A stretch of DNA of 64,000 nt from positions 1-64,000 of the IMG/VR virus record IMGVR_UViG_3300012953_000017. One strand, 5' to 3'. This document shows, piece by piece, positions 9,136-18,417 of the stretch. Numbering within the stretch: position 1 is the first letter of the stretch; each line of letters starts with the position of its first letter. Source of the stretch: a virus. The notes under the pieces are model-generated. The model was not told the origin of the DNA and ran no database searches. It saw only the letters and a program-made list of their open reading frames with translations. A program made the position numbers and the translations under genes.

Positions 9136-9141
9136 GTTCTG

Positions 9142-10041
9142 CTAGCTAAATACACTCATGTAACGTTCGCCTCGATCACAAAGTACAGTAACAACGATAC
9201 CACTTGCATCTGGGTTTCGTCTAATCCATTCTTCAGAAGCACAAATATTTGCGCCGGCACTAATTCCCACCAATAATCCGTTTTCTCTAGCGAGAAGCTT
9301 TGCTCTGTTGATAGCATCTTTCGTCCTTACTTTAATAATATCATCGACAAGTGCCCTGTTCAATAAAAAATCGGCCCCATCATTGACACCCTGAATGCCG
9401 TGCTCGGTGGCGTTCTCTTCGGGTATCATTAAGACATGCTTTACATGCTTGCACTCAGAAATTGATTTGTTGTGACTGATTACACCCATCATAGTTCCGC
9501 CCGTGCCAGAGCCACAAACAAATGCATCCCACTTCTTGGACCACATACCGACACTTCTTAAATCACCGTGAATTTCATGCGCTGTAGTTAGCTGATGGCA
9601 CTCTACATTTAGTTCATTTTCAAATTGGCATGGACTCCACACATTTTCATCCTTGCACATCTCGTCTCGCATGAATATTGCACCTTGAAAATCGCTGTCA
9701 TTTACTTCAATTATCTCTGCCCCTAGAAGCCTCATCATCTGCTTCCTTTCTTCACTCATATTTTTAGGCATTATGATTTTTACAGTGTGACCATTTGCTG
9801 CGCCATATGCAGACAAAGCAATTCCCGTGTTACCTGACGTCGCTTCTACCAAAGTCATGCCCGGTCTAAGCGATCCCTGCCGTTTAGACATATTGGCAAC
9901 ATAGTGAACCATTCTGTCTTTTATTGATCCAGTCGGATTATAAGTTTCTAGCTTTGCCCAGATCCTGTCAGTTATCTGAATCAGGGGGGTTTTTCCTACA
10001 GTATTATAGTAAAATTTATCCATTAACACCCTCCAAAACAT
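9142..10041 (-). CDS. cysK: PLP-dependent cysteine synthase family protein
   Basis: GKTPL, KLETYNPTGSIKDR, EATSGNTG, GSGTGGT, GISAGAN, DRGERY. Confidence 0.85.
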   Translation of the reverse strand: MFWRVLMDKFYYNTVGKTPLIQITDRIWAKLETYNPTGSIKDRMVHYVANMSKRQGSLRPGMTLVEATSGNTGIALSAYGAANGHTVKIIMPKNMSEERKQMMRLLGAEIIEVNDSDFQGAIFMRDEMCKDENVWSPCQFENELNVECHQLTTAHEIHGDLRSVGMWSKKWDAFVCGSGTGGTMMGVISHNKSISECKHVKHVLMIPEENATEHGIQGVNDGADFLLNRALVDDIIKVRTKDAINRAKLLARENGLLVGISAGANICASEEWIRRNPDASGIVVTVLCDRGERYMSVFS

Positions 10042-10092
10042 TAATAATACACCGTTGTTTCACATCTTTATACTTAAGATATAGAGGAACAA

Positions 10093-10389
10093 ATGGAAAC
10101 CTTTCTTTGCGTCGCTATATGTTTTGCGCTAGTAGCCCTAGGGTTAGCGGTGGGTGTCATTATAAATCACTCACAAAAAAGCACGTTTGAAAACTATTTC
10201 AGCGCTGTGCTAGCAGAAATGATGGAGCTGAACAGGCGCGTTGAAAGTCTATCTGGTGATTTAGCGGACCTGCAAGCGGAAATATACACTGAAGCGATTC
10301 ATGAAAATAAAGATTTCTACGAAGAGGACTCAGACAACGTCACTGCAGAATTACCTGTAGTTGATGGTGATGGTTGGGAGTGGCGATAG
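10093..10389 (+). CDS. membrane-anchored coiled-coil protein
   Basis: N-terminal TM segment; GAGGA RBS; ATACTTA at 10070-10076. Confidence 0.65.
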   Translation: METFLCVAICFALVALGLAVGVIINHSQKSTFENYFSAVLAEMMELNRRVESLSGDLADLQAEIYTEAIHENKDFYEEDSDNVTAELPVVDGDGWEWR

Positions 10390-10541
10390 CCGTCCACCAT
10401 TCCTCTTATCTGGCACTCGCACATGCCACATCCAGTGGAAGCTCCTAATAATTCTGAAATTTCATCAAATGTGTCGATGCCGCTGTCGAGGAGATCAACA
10501 ATGTCCTCTTCAGTTACACCATAACACACACATATAATCAT
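10317..10541 (-). CDS. bfd: Bfd-like [2Fe-2S] ferredoxin
   Basis: MIICVC.GV.E..I...GASTGCGMC. Confidence 0.8.
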   Translation of the reverse strand: MIICVCYGVTEEDIVDLLDSGIDTFDEISELLGASTGCGMCECQIRGMVDGYRHSQPSPSTTGNSAVTLSESSS

Positions 10542-10547
10542 CAGTGC

Positions 10548-11381
10548 TTACCCACGGCGTTTTCTAAGATCCCCGGAAGGCACCGAAACCAGCACCCCGT
10601 TGATCAAGCACGGGTACATGATTTTCCCGCCCTTGACAGTAGGAGCGCCTGTCACCAGGGCCATGGCTTTAGGCGCATTGTACATCACCTTCCACGCCAT
10701 TGAACCTTTAGGGTGCTTGGGACTCTTGAGTTCGTTAAGTGGGTTTTTGACAGCCTTAATAAGCTTGTCACATGCCCACTGATCGATGATAGGTTCTTCG
10801 CCTAAAATATGAGTAGATTCGGCGTCGAGAGCTTCTACATCCTCAATGACCTCACGACGAGCATTCCAGTCGATCCAATCTTCCACTTTGCTAAAAGCTT
10901 TTGCCGTTCCAGGGCGGTGTTGCCAATACCAGCCGTTCTTTGTCTTGCAGATAGCGACAGCGTTGTTGAGATCTTCTAGCATCTCCCCAGACGGTCGAAA
11001 ACGACCCTCAGTTCTGAGAGTTTCTGCCTTGGCAAGAAGACTAGATAAAAACTTCTCCTGCTTTTCGGAGAGTGACCACCCCTTGCCTAGCTTGAAAGCA
11101 AAGTCGCTAAGCGTAGAAGAAACCTGTTGCATGCCGTCAACTTTTGCCGCGGCGAGAATCTGATTAACACGTTCTTCATTCTTGGGAGTAGGTACACCCT
11201 GATCAATCAGGCTGTCAAGGTACTTTCGCTGTCCCTTGGACATTCCCTTGCCTCGCTCCATACGATAGGCCATGTCTGCCATAAAACGATACGATCGGTC
11301 AGACTTTAGACCAGCATCATCAAACTGCTTCATGAGAGAATGAGTTTGTGAAAGACGAACTTCAAGAGATTTTCGAGCCAT
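10548..11381 (-). CDS. hypothetical protein (probably early)
   Basis: AAGGAGG RBS and promoter at 11404-11432; two S.(G/K)Q.K(Y/F)L..L repeats. Confidence 0.75.
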   Translation of the reverse strand: MARKSLEVRLSQTHSLMKQFDDAGLKSDRSYRFMADMAYRMERGKGMSKGQRKYLDSLIDQGVPTPKNEERVNQILAAAKVDGMQQVSSTLSDFAFKLGKGWSLSEKQEKFLSSLLAKAETLRTEGRFRPSGEMLEDLNNAVAICKTKNGWYWQHRPGTAKAFSKVEDWIDWNARREVIEDVEALDAESTHILGEEPIIDQWACDKLIKAVKNPLNELKSPKHPKGSMAWKVMYNAPKAMALVTGAPTVKGGKIMYPCLINGVLVSVPSGDLRKRRG

Positions 11382-11403
11382 GATTCCTCCTTGGTACGTC
11401 CCT

Positions 11404-11432
11404 ATTATACCCTACCTAGGGGAAAATTGCAC
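11404..11432 (-). promoter_or_regulatory. sigma70-like promoter GTGCAA-17-TATAAT
   Basis: Exact 17-bp spacer; same architecture recurs at 19011, 22324, 27901, 35280, 49307 and 53620. Confidence 0.7.
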
Positions 11433-11435
11433 GCT

Positions 11436-11768
11436 TCATCCTTGACTTTTTTGCTTTTTTCTTTGCTCTCGCATCTTTCTTTTTTCAGACTTGCTATTTG
11501 GCTTTCCTGTGCCTTTTGACACTTTCTTCTCTTTGGGTGCATCAAAAGTCACAGACCTCGTCTTGACTGTGTAAGTACCGTCTGGCCTACGGCGTACTTT
11601 TACTTGCAAAGACAGGTCCTCAGATAAGGACTCCTTGCATCGAGTTGCTGACTCATAGCTGTCATGAGTTGAATTATTGGTCCATGGCTTTCCATGTAGT
11701 ACATTTTTATCGTTAGACATCGTTGTCCTCCTTATTTGTATTTGATACTGTTTTAAACCACTCATCAA
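11436..11768 (-). CDS. hypothetical basic protein (start probably MSNDK)
   Basis: GGAGG precedes MSNDK; Lys-rich tail. Confidence 0.6.
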   Translation of the reverse strand: MMSGLKQYQIQIRRTTMSNDKNVLHGKPWTNNSTHDSYESATRCKESLSEDLSLQVKVRRRPDGTYTVKTRSVTFDAPKEKKVSKGTGKPNSKSEKRKMREQRKKQKSQG

Positions 11769-11976
11769 GCATCTTTTTTGCTGTGTCTTCAGAAGCGTTA
11801 GAAGAAGAAGTAATTGCCTTAATAGCAGCTTCAGTTAGATCCTGTTTTTCCTTTCGAACTCTTCGAAAATTTTCTCGAAGATCAAGAAATTCTCTCACAC
11901 CATCTGCCAATTCTCGATAAACTCTGTCTAGCTCTTCGTGGAGCTTTTCTACTTCTTTGTTCCCTTCTGACGACAT
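11713..11976 (-). CDS. hypothetical coiled-coil protein
   Basis: ORF in series with neighbours. Confidence 0.6.
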   Translation of the reverse strand: MSSEGNKEVEKLHEELDRVYRELADGVREFLDLRENFRRVRKEKQDLTEAAIKAITSSSNASEDTAKKMLDEWFKTVSNTNKEDNDV

Positions 11977-11988
11977 TTTGCAATAACC

Positions 11989-12249
11989 CTACATTCCTTT
12001 TAGTTTGTTTGTTTGAAATTCATGAATTCTTTCTAGATCTAGAGAAGACGGCTCAACAGGTATCCCCATTAAAACTCTAGAGTGAGGTTTAACCTCAGAG
12101 TTTTTGTTAATTCTTTCCCATTGAAAAACAGCTGGGTTGAACCAAAGAAACTCTGCATCTTTTAAAAAAGAATCTCTGGAGAGTCGCTCAATAGTGCCTC
12201 TAGCCAAGAATCCTATAAAAAATATGCATACGAAAAGAATGTATTCCAT
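11989..12249 (-). CDS. hypothetical membrane-anchored protein
   Basis: N-terminal hydrophobic helix; GGGAG RBS. Confidence 0.6.
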   Translation of the reverse strand: MEYILFVCIFFIGFLARGTIERLSRDSFLKDAEFLWFNPAVFQWERINKNSEVKPHSRVLMGIPVEPSSLDLERIHEFQTNKLKGM

Positions 12250-12271
12250 CTATCGGTCTCCCTGAAAAGTT

Positions 12272-12772
12272 CTATCTCCGAGCATTGTTCCAGTCTTTTT
12301 TTAGTTTCTCTGCATCGTACACTCTTTTTCTAAGATCACTAGTGGACCAACTATGATCACGTGAATTAAAGTATACCTTTATAGGCAAGTCGAAGCCCGT
12401 GTATTCTTTGTCTTTCCAATCAGCACCTACGATCCTGATGTCTGGTAAAATTTTCTGAAGAAGTGCATATAGATCTGATTCTGTGTCGTAGGTCACTACT
12501 TCGTCTACCCACCTAATTGCCCTTATCATTGTGAGTCTTTCTTCATAGCTCTGTATTGGAGCATTTTTTTCTGGTCTATCTATTGAAGGGTCTGACTGGA
12601 CTGCTACGATTAAGTGATCACACTGCTCTCGGGCCTCGGCTAGCATTAAAGCATGGCCTGCATGCAAAAGATCAAACGCACCGCATGTGAATCCTATCGC
12701 ACTGCTGCTTTGTGTTCCCTTGTCGCGGTACGGTGAGATAGCTGCTGCTGTGGTCTTATTTTCTTCAGTCAA
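12272..12772 (-). CDS. glycerol-3-phosphate cytidylyltransferase-like nucleotidyltransferase (TagD family)
   Basis: GAFDLLHAGH, YEER...IRWVDEV, GADW, STSDLR. Confidence 0.85.
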   Translation of the reverse strand: MTEENKTTAAAISPYRDKGTQSSSAIGFTCGAFDLLHAGHALMLAEAREQCDHLIVAVQSDPSIDRPEKNAPIQSYEERLTMIRAIRWVDEVVTYDTESDLYALLQKILPDIRIVGADWKDKEYTGFDLPIKVYFNSRDHSWSTSDLRKRVYDAEKLKKDWNNARR

Positions 12773-12887
12773 GATCAGTTCCTCCTATATGTGATTTAAA
12801 TGTACTATCATGAAACAAATTGTACACTAAAGTTTATACTACATTTATGAGCCTTTAAACTCAAAAGACACAAGGAGATAGACTAAA

Positions 12888-13040
12888 TTGATTTACAGAA
12901 AGGGAACTCACAAAGGAAAGAAGAAAAAGACAAGACAAGGAAAAGGCAAATTTTCAAAGTTTGGTAGCAAGGGTGGAGGCAAAAGCGGTTCTACAGTTTC
13001 CAAGATTTACAGAAAAAAGCCTAGAGGACAGGGGCGCTGA
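12888..13040 (+). CDS. 50-aa very basic K/G/R-rich protein (below the ORF-track cutoff)
   Basis: AAGGAG RBS; TTG start; MIYRKGTHKGKKKKTRQGKGKFSKFGSKGGGKSGSTVSKIYRKKPRGQGR. Confidence 0.7.
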   Translation: MIYRKGTHKGKKKKTRQGKGKFSKFGSKGGGKSGSTVSKIYRKKPRGQGR

Positions 13041-13048
13041 CAGAAAGC

Positions 13049-13124
13049 ACAGAAATGCTCTTTGTGCCCTAATAATAGTTTACCTTAGGTTTACATTTAA
13101 AGATGTCACAGAGAGCATTTTTGT
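13049..13124 (+). repeat. inverted repeat with 40-nt spacer, copy 1
   Basis: ACAGAAATGCTCTTTGTG-N40-CACAGAGAGCATTTTTGT; 18 bp, both mismatches are G-U pairs on the + strand. Confidence 0.75.
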
Positions 13125-13129
13125 ATACA

Positions 13130-15244
13130 CTATGGGCCTTTGCAGATCTCATCTAAGATCTCCATTAAGCTGTTGTACATCTCTGTAGGATTATCAGTTA
13201 ATTCATAGTACACGCCGCCGGTCAACACAGCTAACTCATCCCATTCCCAGTCCTCGTCAGTAGAGAAAACGTATATTTTGAGTTTTGGTGTGCCTTGAGA
13301 AGCTGCCATTACGTCGGCCATGGCCAATTTTTGTCCTTCCGGAGTTTTCAGGTAGGCTTGAGGATCTTCGTCTGTAAAGACAATAATAATTTTTTCTGCC
13401 TGGCCTCTCCAATCAATGCTAAAATTGTCATGATGTGGAACAGACTCAGCAATACTGTAGTGATCCCAATCAAGGTCAGCAATTGGAATTGGCAGAGAAG
13501 CTGAGATGTTTTGGATCGAGAGGTAAATCGCATCTAACAGCATTTCGCTTCCGCCACCCATATTGCCTCCGAGGCCACTCATAGCTGTCAAGAAGTCAGT
13601 GAATCCGCTCATATTATGGTAAAGCTCAAGGATGTCGTCGCCCCAAGGCTTTCCTGGCTCGTCTCTCGGCCCAAGAATGGTAGCCCACTGTAACACGTCT
13701 TCGTCAGAATAGGTTGCGGCAAACTGGTTCAGGGCGATCATCACCGCATTAATTTCGTCAGACATGGAGCCCGACCAATCGATTATAAAAAGAATGTCGG
13801 TGTCTTCAAGTTCCTTTCCGTAATCAGTGATTCCATCGCAGTCATTGTCAACGCCATCGCAGATCTCTGTCTGGGGCGTTACTTCGTCTTTACAGAAACC
13901 AGGTGTAAAAAGTCCTGTGTTGTCATTATAGTGCCCCCATGTGCCTACGTCACATGTCATCTCTCCCGGCAGGCATATCCCCACTCCGATGGTGCCTTCT
14001 GGGCCTGTATAGCATCCTGCGAAGAGATTTTCATCAATTAGTTGATTACAATTGTCATCAAAGTTGTTGCACTGCTCTTGCTGTAAGGGCATGCCTATCT
14101 GTGGATCACAAAGTGGATCTGATCCTACTGGCTGAGCCAACCAGTAACATGGTGCAAAACACTGGGTCGTTACTATCGTCTTGCATTCTGGATCTACACA
14201 TTCACATGTTTTGAACCCTTGGCCGCAGAGAAGTGGACTATCTTGGCACGGAAAAAGTGTTCCCACATCTTGTATTGTGCAGAGACACTGCAAATCTTCG
14301 TCTATTTGGCCGTCACAGTCATTGTCTAAACCGTCGCAGATCTCGTCAAAAACAGGAGGAGCAGTACAAGAAACCCAGTTTCCATCAATACAAGTCTCAT
14401 ACCCTTCGCCACAAGCAGTACTACAAGGCGATATTAACTCTTCGTCGACTTCTCCATCACAATCGTCGTCAAGGCCGTTGCAGGTTTCCTCTGGAACAGG
14501 CCCACACTGAAGGCATGCGTTTAACTGGCCCTCGTCAACTTCTCCATCACAATCGTTGTCAAGGCCGTCGCAGATCTCTTCCTCAGGTAGCTCGGCCATG
14601 CAAACAAACTCTCCTGCAAGGCATAAGTTAGGACCAGGTCCGCACCCTTGATCGCATTCCCATTCGCCCTCGTCAACAACTCCATTACAATTATCGTCGA
14701 TGTTGTTGCAGACTTCTTCTATTTCCGCAAAACCTTCGTCTATCACTTCGTCGCAGTCATCATCAATTCCATTACAGATTTCTTCTTTGCACTCTGTCAC
14801 GCAGTCTGTATACTGGATCTGGCCTTTGTTGCATATTTTATCCTGGAGTCCGGGATATCCATCGTCTGTTTGACACGGTAAGTCTGCCTCTATGATGGTT
14901 TGTGTAGGATCGCATTGCAAATACTCTATGCATTGTCCTTCATATACTACTGTGGGTGGGTCATCACACTGATTAATGCAAATCTGCTTTTGCCAAACAG
15001 AGTCTAACGGTGGGCAGAAGTACATTTGACAGTCAACACATGGATCTGTCCATATAGAATAAGTGTCTTCTTCAACGTCTGCGTCTTCTTCAAGTGCCTC
15101 TACGTCTTCGCTATCCAGCGCCGGCGGGAGAACAACGTCAAAGGCGCCAGAAGGGTTTAATGCCACATCCTTGTCTTGTGAACAACCAAACAGGAAAAGG
15201 GCAATGAATAAAGGGTAATACAGATTGCGTAGTTTAGTGCCCAT
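13130..15244 (-). CDS. lipoprotein with Cys-rich MopE-type (EICDGxDNDCDG) repeats and a C-terminal vWA domain
   Basis: Lipobox LFGC; about seven E.C(N/D)G.D.DCD repeats; DILFIIDWSGSM MIDAS and IIIVFTDE. Confidence 0.8.
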   Translation of the reverse strand: MGTKLRNLYYPLFIALFLFGCSQDKDVALNPSGAFDVVLPPALDSEDVEALEEDADVEEDTYSIWTDPCVDCQMYFCPPLDSVWQKQICINQCDDPPTVVYEGQCIEYLQCDPTQTIIEADLPCQTDDGYPGLQDKICNKGQIQYTDCVTECKEEICNGIDDDCDEVIDEGFAEIEEVCNNIDDNCNGVVDEGEWECDQGCGPGPNLCLAGEFVCMAELPEEEICDGLDNDCDGEVDEGQLNACLQCGPVPEETCNGLDDDCDGEVDEELISPCSTACGEGYETCIDGNWVSCTAPPVFDEICDGLDNDCDGQIDEDLQCLCTIQDVGTLFPCQDSPLLCGQGFKTCECVDPECKTIVTTQCFAPCYWLAQPVGSDPLCDPQIGMPLQQEQCNNFDDNCNQLIDENLFAGCYTGPEGTIGVGICLPGEMTCDVGTWGHYNDNTGLFTPGFCKDEVTPQTEICDGVDNDCDGITDYGKELEDTDILFIIDWSGSMSDEINAVMIALNQFAATYSDEDVLQWATILGPRDEPGKPWGDDILELYHNMSGFTDFLTAMSGLGGNMGGGSEMLLDAIYLSIQNISASLPIPIADLDWDHYSIAESVPHHDNFSIDWRGQAEKIIIVFTDEDPQAYLKTPEGQKLAMADVMAASQGTPKLKIYVFSTDEDWEWDELAVLTGGVYYELTDNPTEMYNSLMEILDEICKGP

Positions 15245-15300
15245 ATAAAATAGGTATGGGCGAAACTAATCTTAGTATACTAATTGTCAGAAAATAAAAA

Positions 15301-15325
15301 AGGTCACGACCATTGGTCGTGACCT
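15301..15325 (-). terminator. intrinsic terminator
   Basis: AGGTCACGACCA/TGGTCGTGACCT perfect stem followed by TTTTTATTTT on the minus strand. Confidence 0.75.
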
Positions 15326-15338
15326 AAAATTTAAAAGT

Positions 15339-15368
15339 GGAGGGCCGAGGGAAAACCCCCGACCCTCC
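15339..15368 (-). terminator. GC-rich hairpin or terminator
   Basis: Minus strand GGAGGGTCGGGGG-TTTT-CCCTCGGCCCTCC then ACTTTT, just after the stop of 15378. Confidence 0.55.
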
Positions 15369-15377
15369 GAGGCGCCT

Positions 15378-15686
15378 CTACTCTGCCAGCTGTCTATTAA
15401 AGATGCTCGCCAGCACCCAAACAGCCACGAGACCCACTAGTCCCTCACTGCCTAACTGCTTAGTCAGTGCAACCACGTTTCCGGTCACGTCAACCGGGAA
15501 AAATGGCGCTGCTGATCCAAACAACAGCCCTGCTATAATAGCAAGACAAAGCAATGAAATACCAAGGTCGCATGAAAGTTTCATCCATCCTAGGATGGAT
15601 TCCATTTTCTCTCTCATAACAATCTCCTCAATAGTGAAATGCCCCAGAGAGTTGAGGCTTGTTGTGCTGCCAACATGACAACACAA
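15378..15686 (-). CDS. small two-TM membrane protein (start probably MREKMES)
   Basis: GAGGAG RBS before MREKM; two hydrophobic helices, GLVGLVAVWVL. Confidence 0.65.
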   Translation of the reverse strand: MCCHVGSTTSLNSLGHFTIEEIVMREKMESILGWMKLSCDLGISLLCLAIIAGLLFGSAAPFFPVDVTGNVVALTKQLGSEGLVGLVAVWVLASIFNRQLAE

Positions 15687-15755
15687 CTCAAATAATTATG
15701 AGGATGGAGACGTATATGAATGGAATAACAGCACTATGTGTGCCAAGCAGTAGGA

Positions 15756-16085
15756 CTATTTTTTTGTATGTTTTTTTATAGCTCTAGCTAGGCGCATTTT
15801 AAGTGCCTCTCTCAGAGGAAGAGTATAATCACCTTGCGGCAGCCGGTGTTGGGGCTTTTGTGGAAGATCATAATCATCAATTGGTGTCATTAAATGCTGA
15901 GACCTATGCCTGTAAGACTCTAACTCAACCCAAGACTTTACCTTTTCTGCTTGGACATGGTCTAAATCATGCTCAACCATTAGGTCTCGAACTTCCATGT
16001 CAAAAAGAATTTCGGCTTCTTCTAGATTCAAACGCCCGCCGGTCAAAGCCTTTATTACCGCTAGCTCTTTATCAGTAACTGCCAT
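15756..16085 (-). CDS. hypothetical protein
   Basis: AGGAG RBS; ATACTTA upstream (16107-16113). Confidence 0.65.
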   Translation of the reverse strand: MAVTDKELAVIKALTGGRLNLEEAEILFDMEVRDLMVEHDLDHVQAEKVKSWVELESYRHRSQHLMTPIDDYDLPQKPQHRLPQGDYTLPLREALKMRLARAIKKHTKK

Positions 16086-16133
16086 TGTGTTGTCTCCTAC
16101 ATGACATAAGTATCTCGCACTATAGGATATTTC

Positions 16134-16418
16134 TCAATCCGAGAGATCGGATAAAATCATTCTATGCACTGCTGCTCTTCGTCTTCTGAGTTCTGCTGCA
16201 GAAGGCTGCATGTTGGACATGCATCTTATTCCTAGCTTTTTGTAAGCTTTTTTGTGCAGTTTTCGAAATTTTCTTTTTGCTTTTCTACGGTCTTCAGGAG
16301 AGAGAGACTCTAATGCATTAGTGATCTCATCTTTTGAGAAAAAACTTGGGCCTTCAAATGGAGCAATTCCTAATTCGACCATTTTTATAGCAGCTAATAT
16401 TTCTTTTGTGTCTCGCAT
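16134..16418 (-). CDS. hypothetical basic protein
   Basis: GAGG RBS; Arg/Lys-rich. Confidence 0.6.
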   Translation of the reverse strand: MRDTKEILAAIKMVELGIAPFEGPSFFSKDEITNALESLSPEDRRKAKRKFRKLHKKAYKKLGIRCMSNMQPSAAELRRRRAAVHRMILSDLSD

Positions 16419-16438
16419 GCTTTGCCTCTTTGGTGTCT

Positions 16439-17671
16439 TTAATCTCTATCGTTCCTAAAGCACACAAACGTCGGAAATCGAAGTGATCCGTCAGGTGTGA
16501 CTTCTTGATATCTTACTTCGATAGTTCGCCCTATAAAACTATCCGGTGATGCCCAGATTGTATCACGAAGGTCATCAGAGAACCCAGAACCAACTTGAAC
16601 TTCGACACCATTGTAAACCACCACAACAGAACCAAGTTTATCAGAATGCTTTCCTGTTCCTTCTAGAAGCCTTTCAACTTTAAGATCTACATCATGAAAT
16701 GCTTTTAGCTTCATTACCTCAGGACCACGACCGAACTTGTATGGGGCTTCCAAATCTTTGATCATTGCTCCCTCGTACCCTTCGGTAACATATTGATCGT
16801 GATAACCCTTGATAGTGAGATAGTCTGCGGCAATTTTGGTCCTTGGGACTACCTTAATATACTTTCCGCTATTGCCGTTCAGGTTGGTGCAAAGTGTCTT
16901 ATACCTGTCTTCACACGTCATAACAGTTTCTCGGCTTTTCCACTCGTTCATCGGTATGTAATCAAACAAAGACAAATATGTGTCAGTAGTTACAACATTT
17001 TCTTTGCGGTATGCCTGGCGCATGAGTGAAGTAAAATCTTCTCCCATAATCTCGCCGTCGTAGCAACCATCAGGAAGCATTGCCAAATCAGCACCAATAG
17101 TACTGTCGAAATTAGAAATTAACTTTCCTGAACGTGCGTAAAGCAGTGATTCGTCACCTTCGACAATTGCAAAACAACGGATGCCGTCTAATTTTGGCTC
17201 AATTGCCACCTCTACCTTACCTTTGAGACGCTTTTCCTCAAACTTCTGTGCTAGTGCAACATCGAAAGTTGGAATCAAGCCAGGAAAAACTTTGTTGACA
17301 GTCTTTGTAGAGGCACCGATCGCAAGATGTTTCTTAAGAATCTTGCGCATCCACTTTTCTTCCTCCGGGGTCGCAGTGCTCAAAGCTCTGTAAAGAATCT
17401 CTACAGCAGCATTCCCCGTATGATACCTGTCAGCGCAAATTTGTGCGCAGTCAAAAAACATATTCCATCGATCAGTCTCGTTTTTTCCAACGCTTCTATC
17501 CTCAGCTTTTACTTTTGGGACTTTTACAACATGGAAAGGTACAAAATTATCCAGACCAAATTTCAATGCCTTTTTTAGAGAATCGTTCTCGGCATGTGCC
17601 TGAAGAATCTCCTTCTTAGCATTAGAACCCGGGACGTTTTTTATCTGCTCCAAAATATCAGATACTAGCAT
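16439..17671 (-). CDS. lig: ATP-dependent DNA ligase
   Basis: EPKLDGIR, YDGEI, LFD, EGAMIK, Y..GR, KLK, OB fold VGSGFSD...SLRFPTF...RND. Confidence 0.95.
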   Translation of the reverse strand: MLVSDILEQIKNVPGSNAKKEILQAHAENDSLKKALKFGLDNFVPFHVVKVPKVKAEDRSVGKNETDRWNMFFDCAQICADRYHTGNAAVEILYRALSTATPEEEKWMRKILKKHLAIGASTKTVNKVFPGLIPTFDVALAQKFEEKRLKGKVEVAIEPKLDGIRCFAIVEGDESLLYARSGKLISNFDSTIGADLAMLPDGCYDGEIMGEDFTSLMRQAYRKENVVTTDTYLSLFDYIPMNEWKSRETVMTCEDRYKTLCTNLNGNSGKYIKVVPRTKIAADYLTIKGYHDQYVTEGYEGAMIKDLEAPYKFGRGPEVMKLKAFHDVDLKVERLLEGTGKHSDKLGSVVVVYNGVEVQVGSGFSDDLRDTIWASPDSFIGRTIEVRYQEVTPDGSLRFPTFVCFRNDRD

Positions 17672-17686
17672 TAAGCAGCTCCTCTT

Positions 17687-18013
17687 TTAGCTATTTTCCA
17701 ACAACTCATCCAAACCTAAAATAGACTTGCATGTGTTGTAAGCCACATGCAAGTCCTCAAACGTCTTCCAAATATATTCTGGTTTTACTGGGCGTACTGA
17801 CATCGTCTTCCAGTAGTCCGGGTTAACCCCCACCACATTATCCTCAGCTTCTTCCAAACAGTCTGCCTGGATAAATTTCACGTGCCTCTGGAACTCTCTT
17901 TTTCCATTTTTCACATAAAGCTCGAATACTTTTCCCTCGATGACATCATCACCGAAAGGTAAGCTCATTTGTATTGATAAATCTTTCATACTTCCCATCA
18001 TTAGTCTTCCCAC
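17687..18013 (-). CDS. hypothetical protein
   Basis: ORF in series. Confidence 0.55.
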   Translation of the reverse strand: MGRLMMGSMKDLSIQMSLPFGDDVIEGKVFELYVKNGKREFQRHVKFIQADCLEEAEDNVVGVNPDYWKTMSVRPVKPEYIWKTFEDLHVAYNTCKSILGLDELLENS

Positions 18014-18417
18014 CTACTGTACATATCTTTAATTTGATCATCGGTCACAAAATGCTTGTTGCGAGATGCGGCAACATCAGCCTTAGGCTTATCCAGCACT
18101 ACAGTACTGGTTATGTAACCGTGTTCCTTGGCAATATCTATATACTTCTGATAGTCTTTGCGCTCAATATTAATACAGTCACAGACGACAACGGGGTGTC
18201 CTATTCTACAGCTGTTTTTAAACGCTTCAAAGTTCTTCTGGTAAAAATTATCTGCTTGAGCCTCATCCCAAAAGAATACTCCTGAAGAATCAGTATGGTA
18301 CTCATCAACAGCGTGAATTATTCCGTCCTCACCTGCCAAATAAAAAGCAGTGCTGGACTTTCCCGAACCCGGGACGCCCCTCATTATGAACGCAAATTTT
18401 TTCTTCTCCATTACCAT
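18001..18417 (-). CDS. P-loop kinase (AAA_33 / polynucleotide-kinase-like)
   Basis: IMRGVPGSGKSS, VVVCDCIN, RNKH.V. Confidence 0.8.
   Translation of the reverse strand: MVMEKKKFAFIMRGVPGSGKSSTAFYLAGEDGIIHAVDEYHTDSSGVFFWDEAQADNFYQKNFEAFKNSCRIGHPVVVCDCINIERKDYQKYIDIAKEHGYITSTVVLDKPKADVAASRNKHFVTDDQIKDMYSRWED

Noticed and set aside
13840-14800. Periodic DNA repeats that might suggest a CRISPR array or tandem repeat
   Set aside because: They are the coding repeats of the EICDGxDNDCDG protein motif. No constant repeat with unique spacers and no cas genes are seen in the window.
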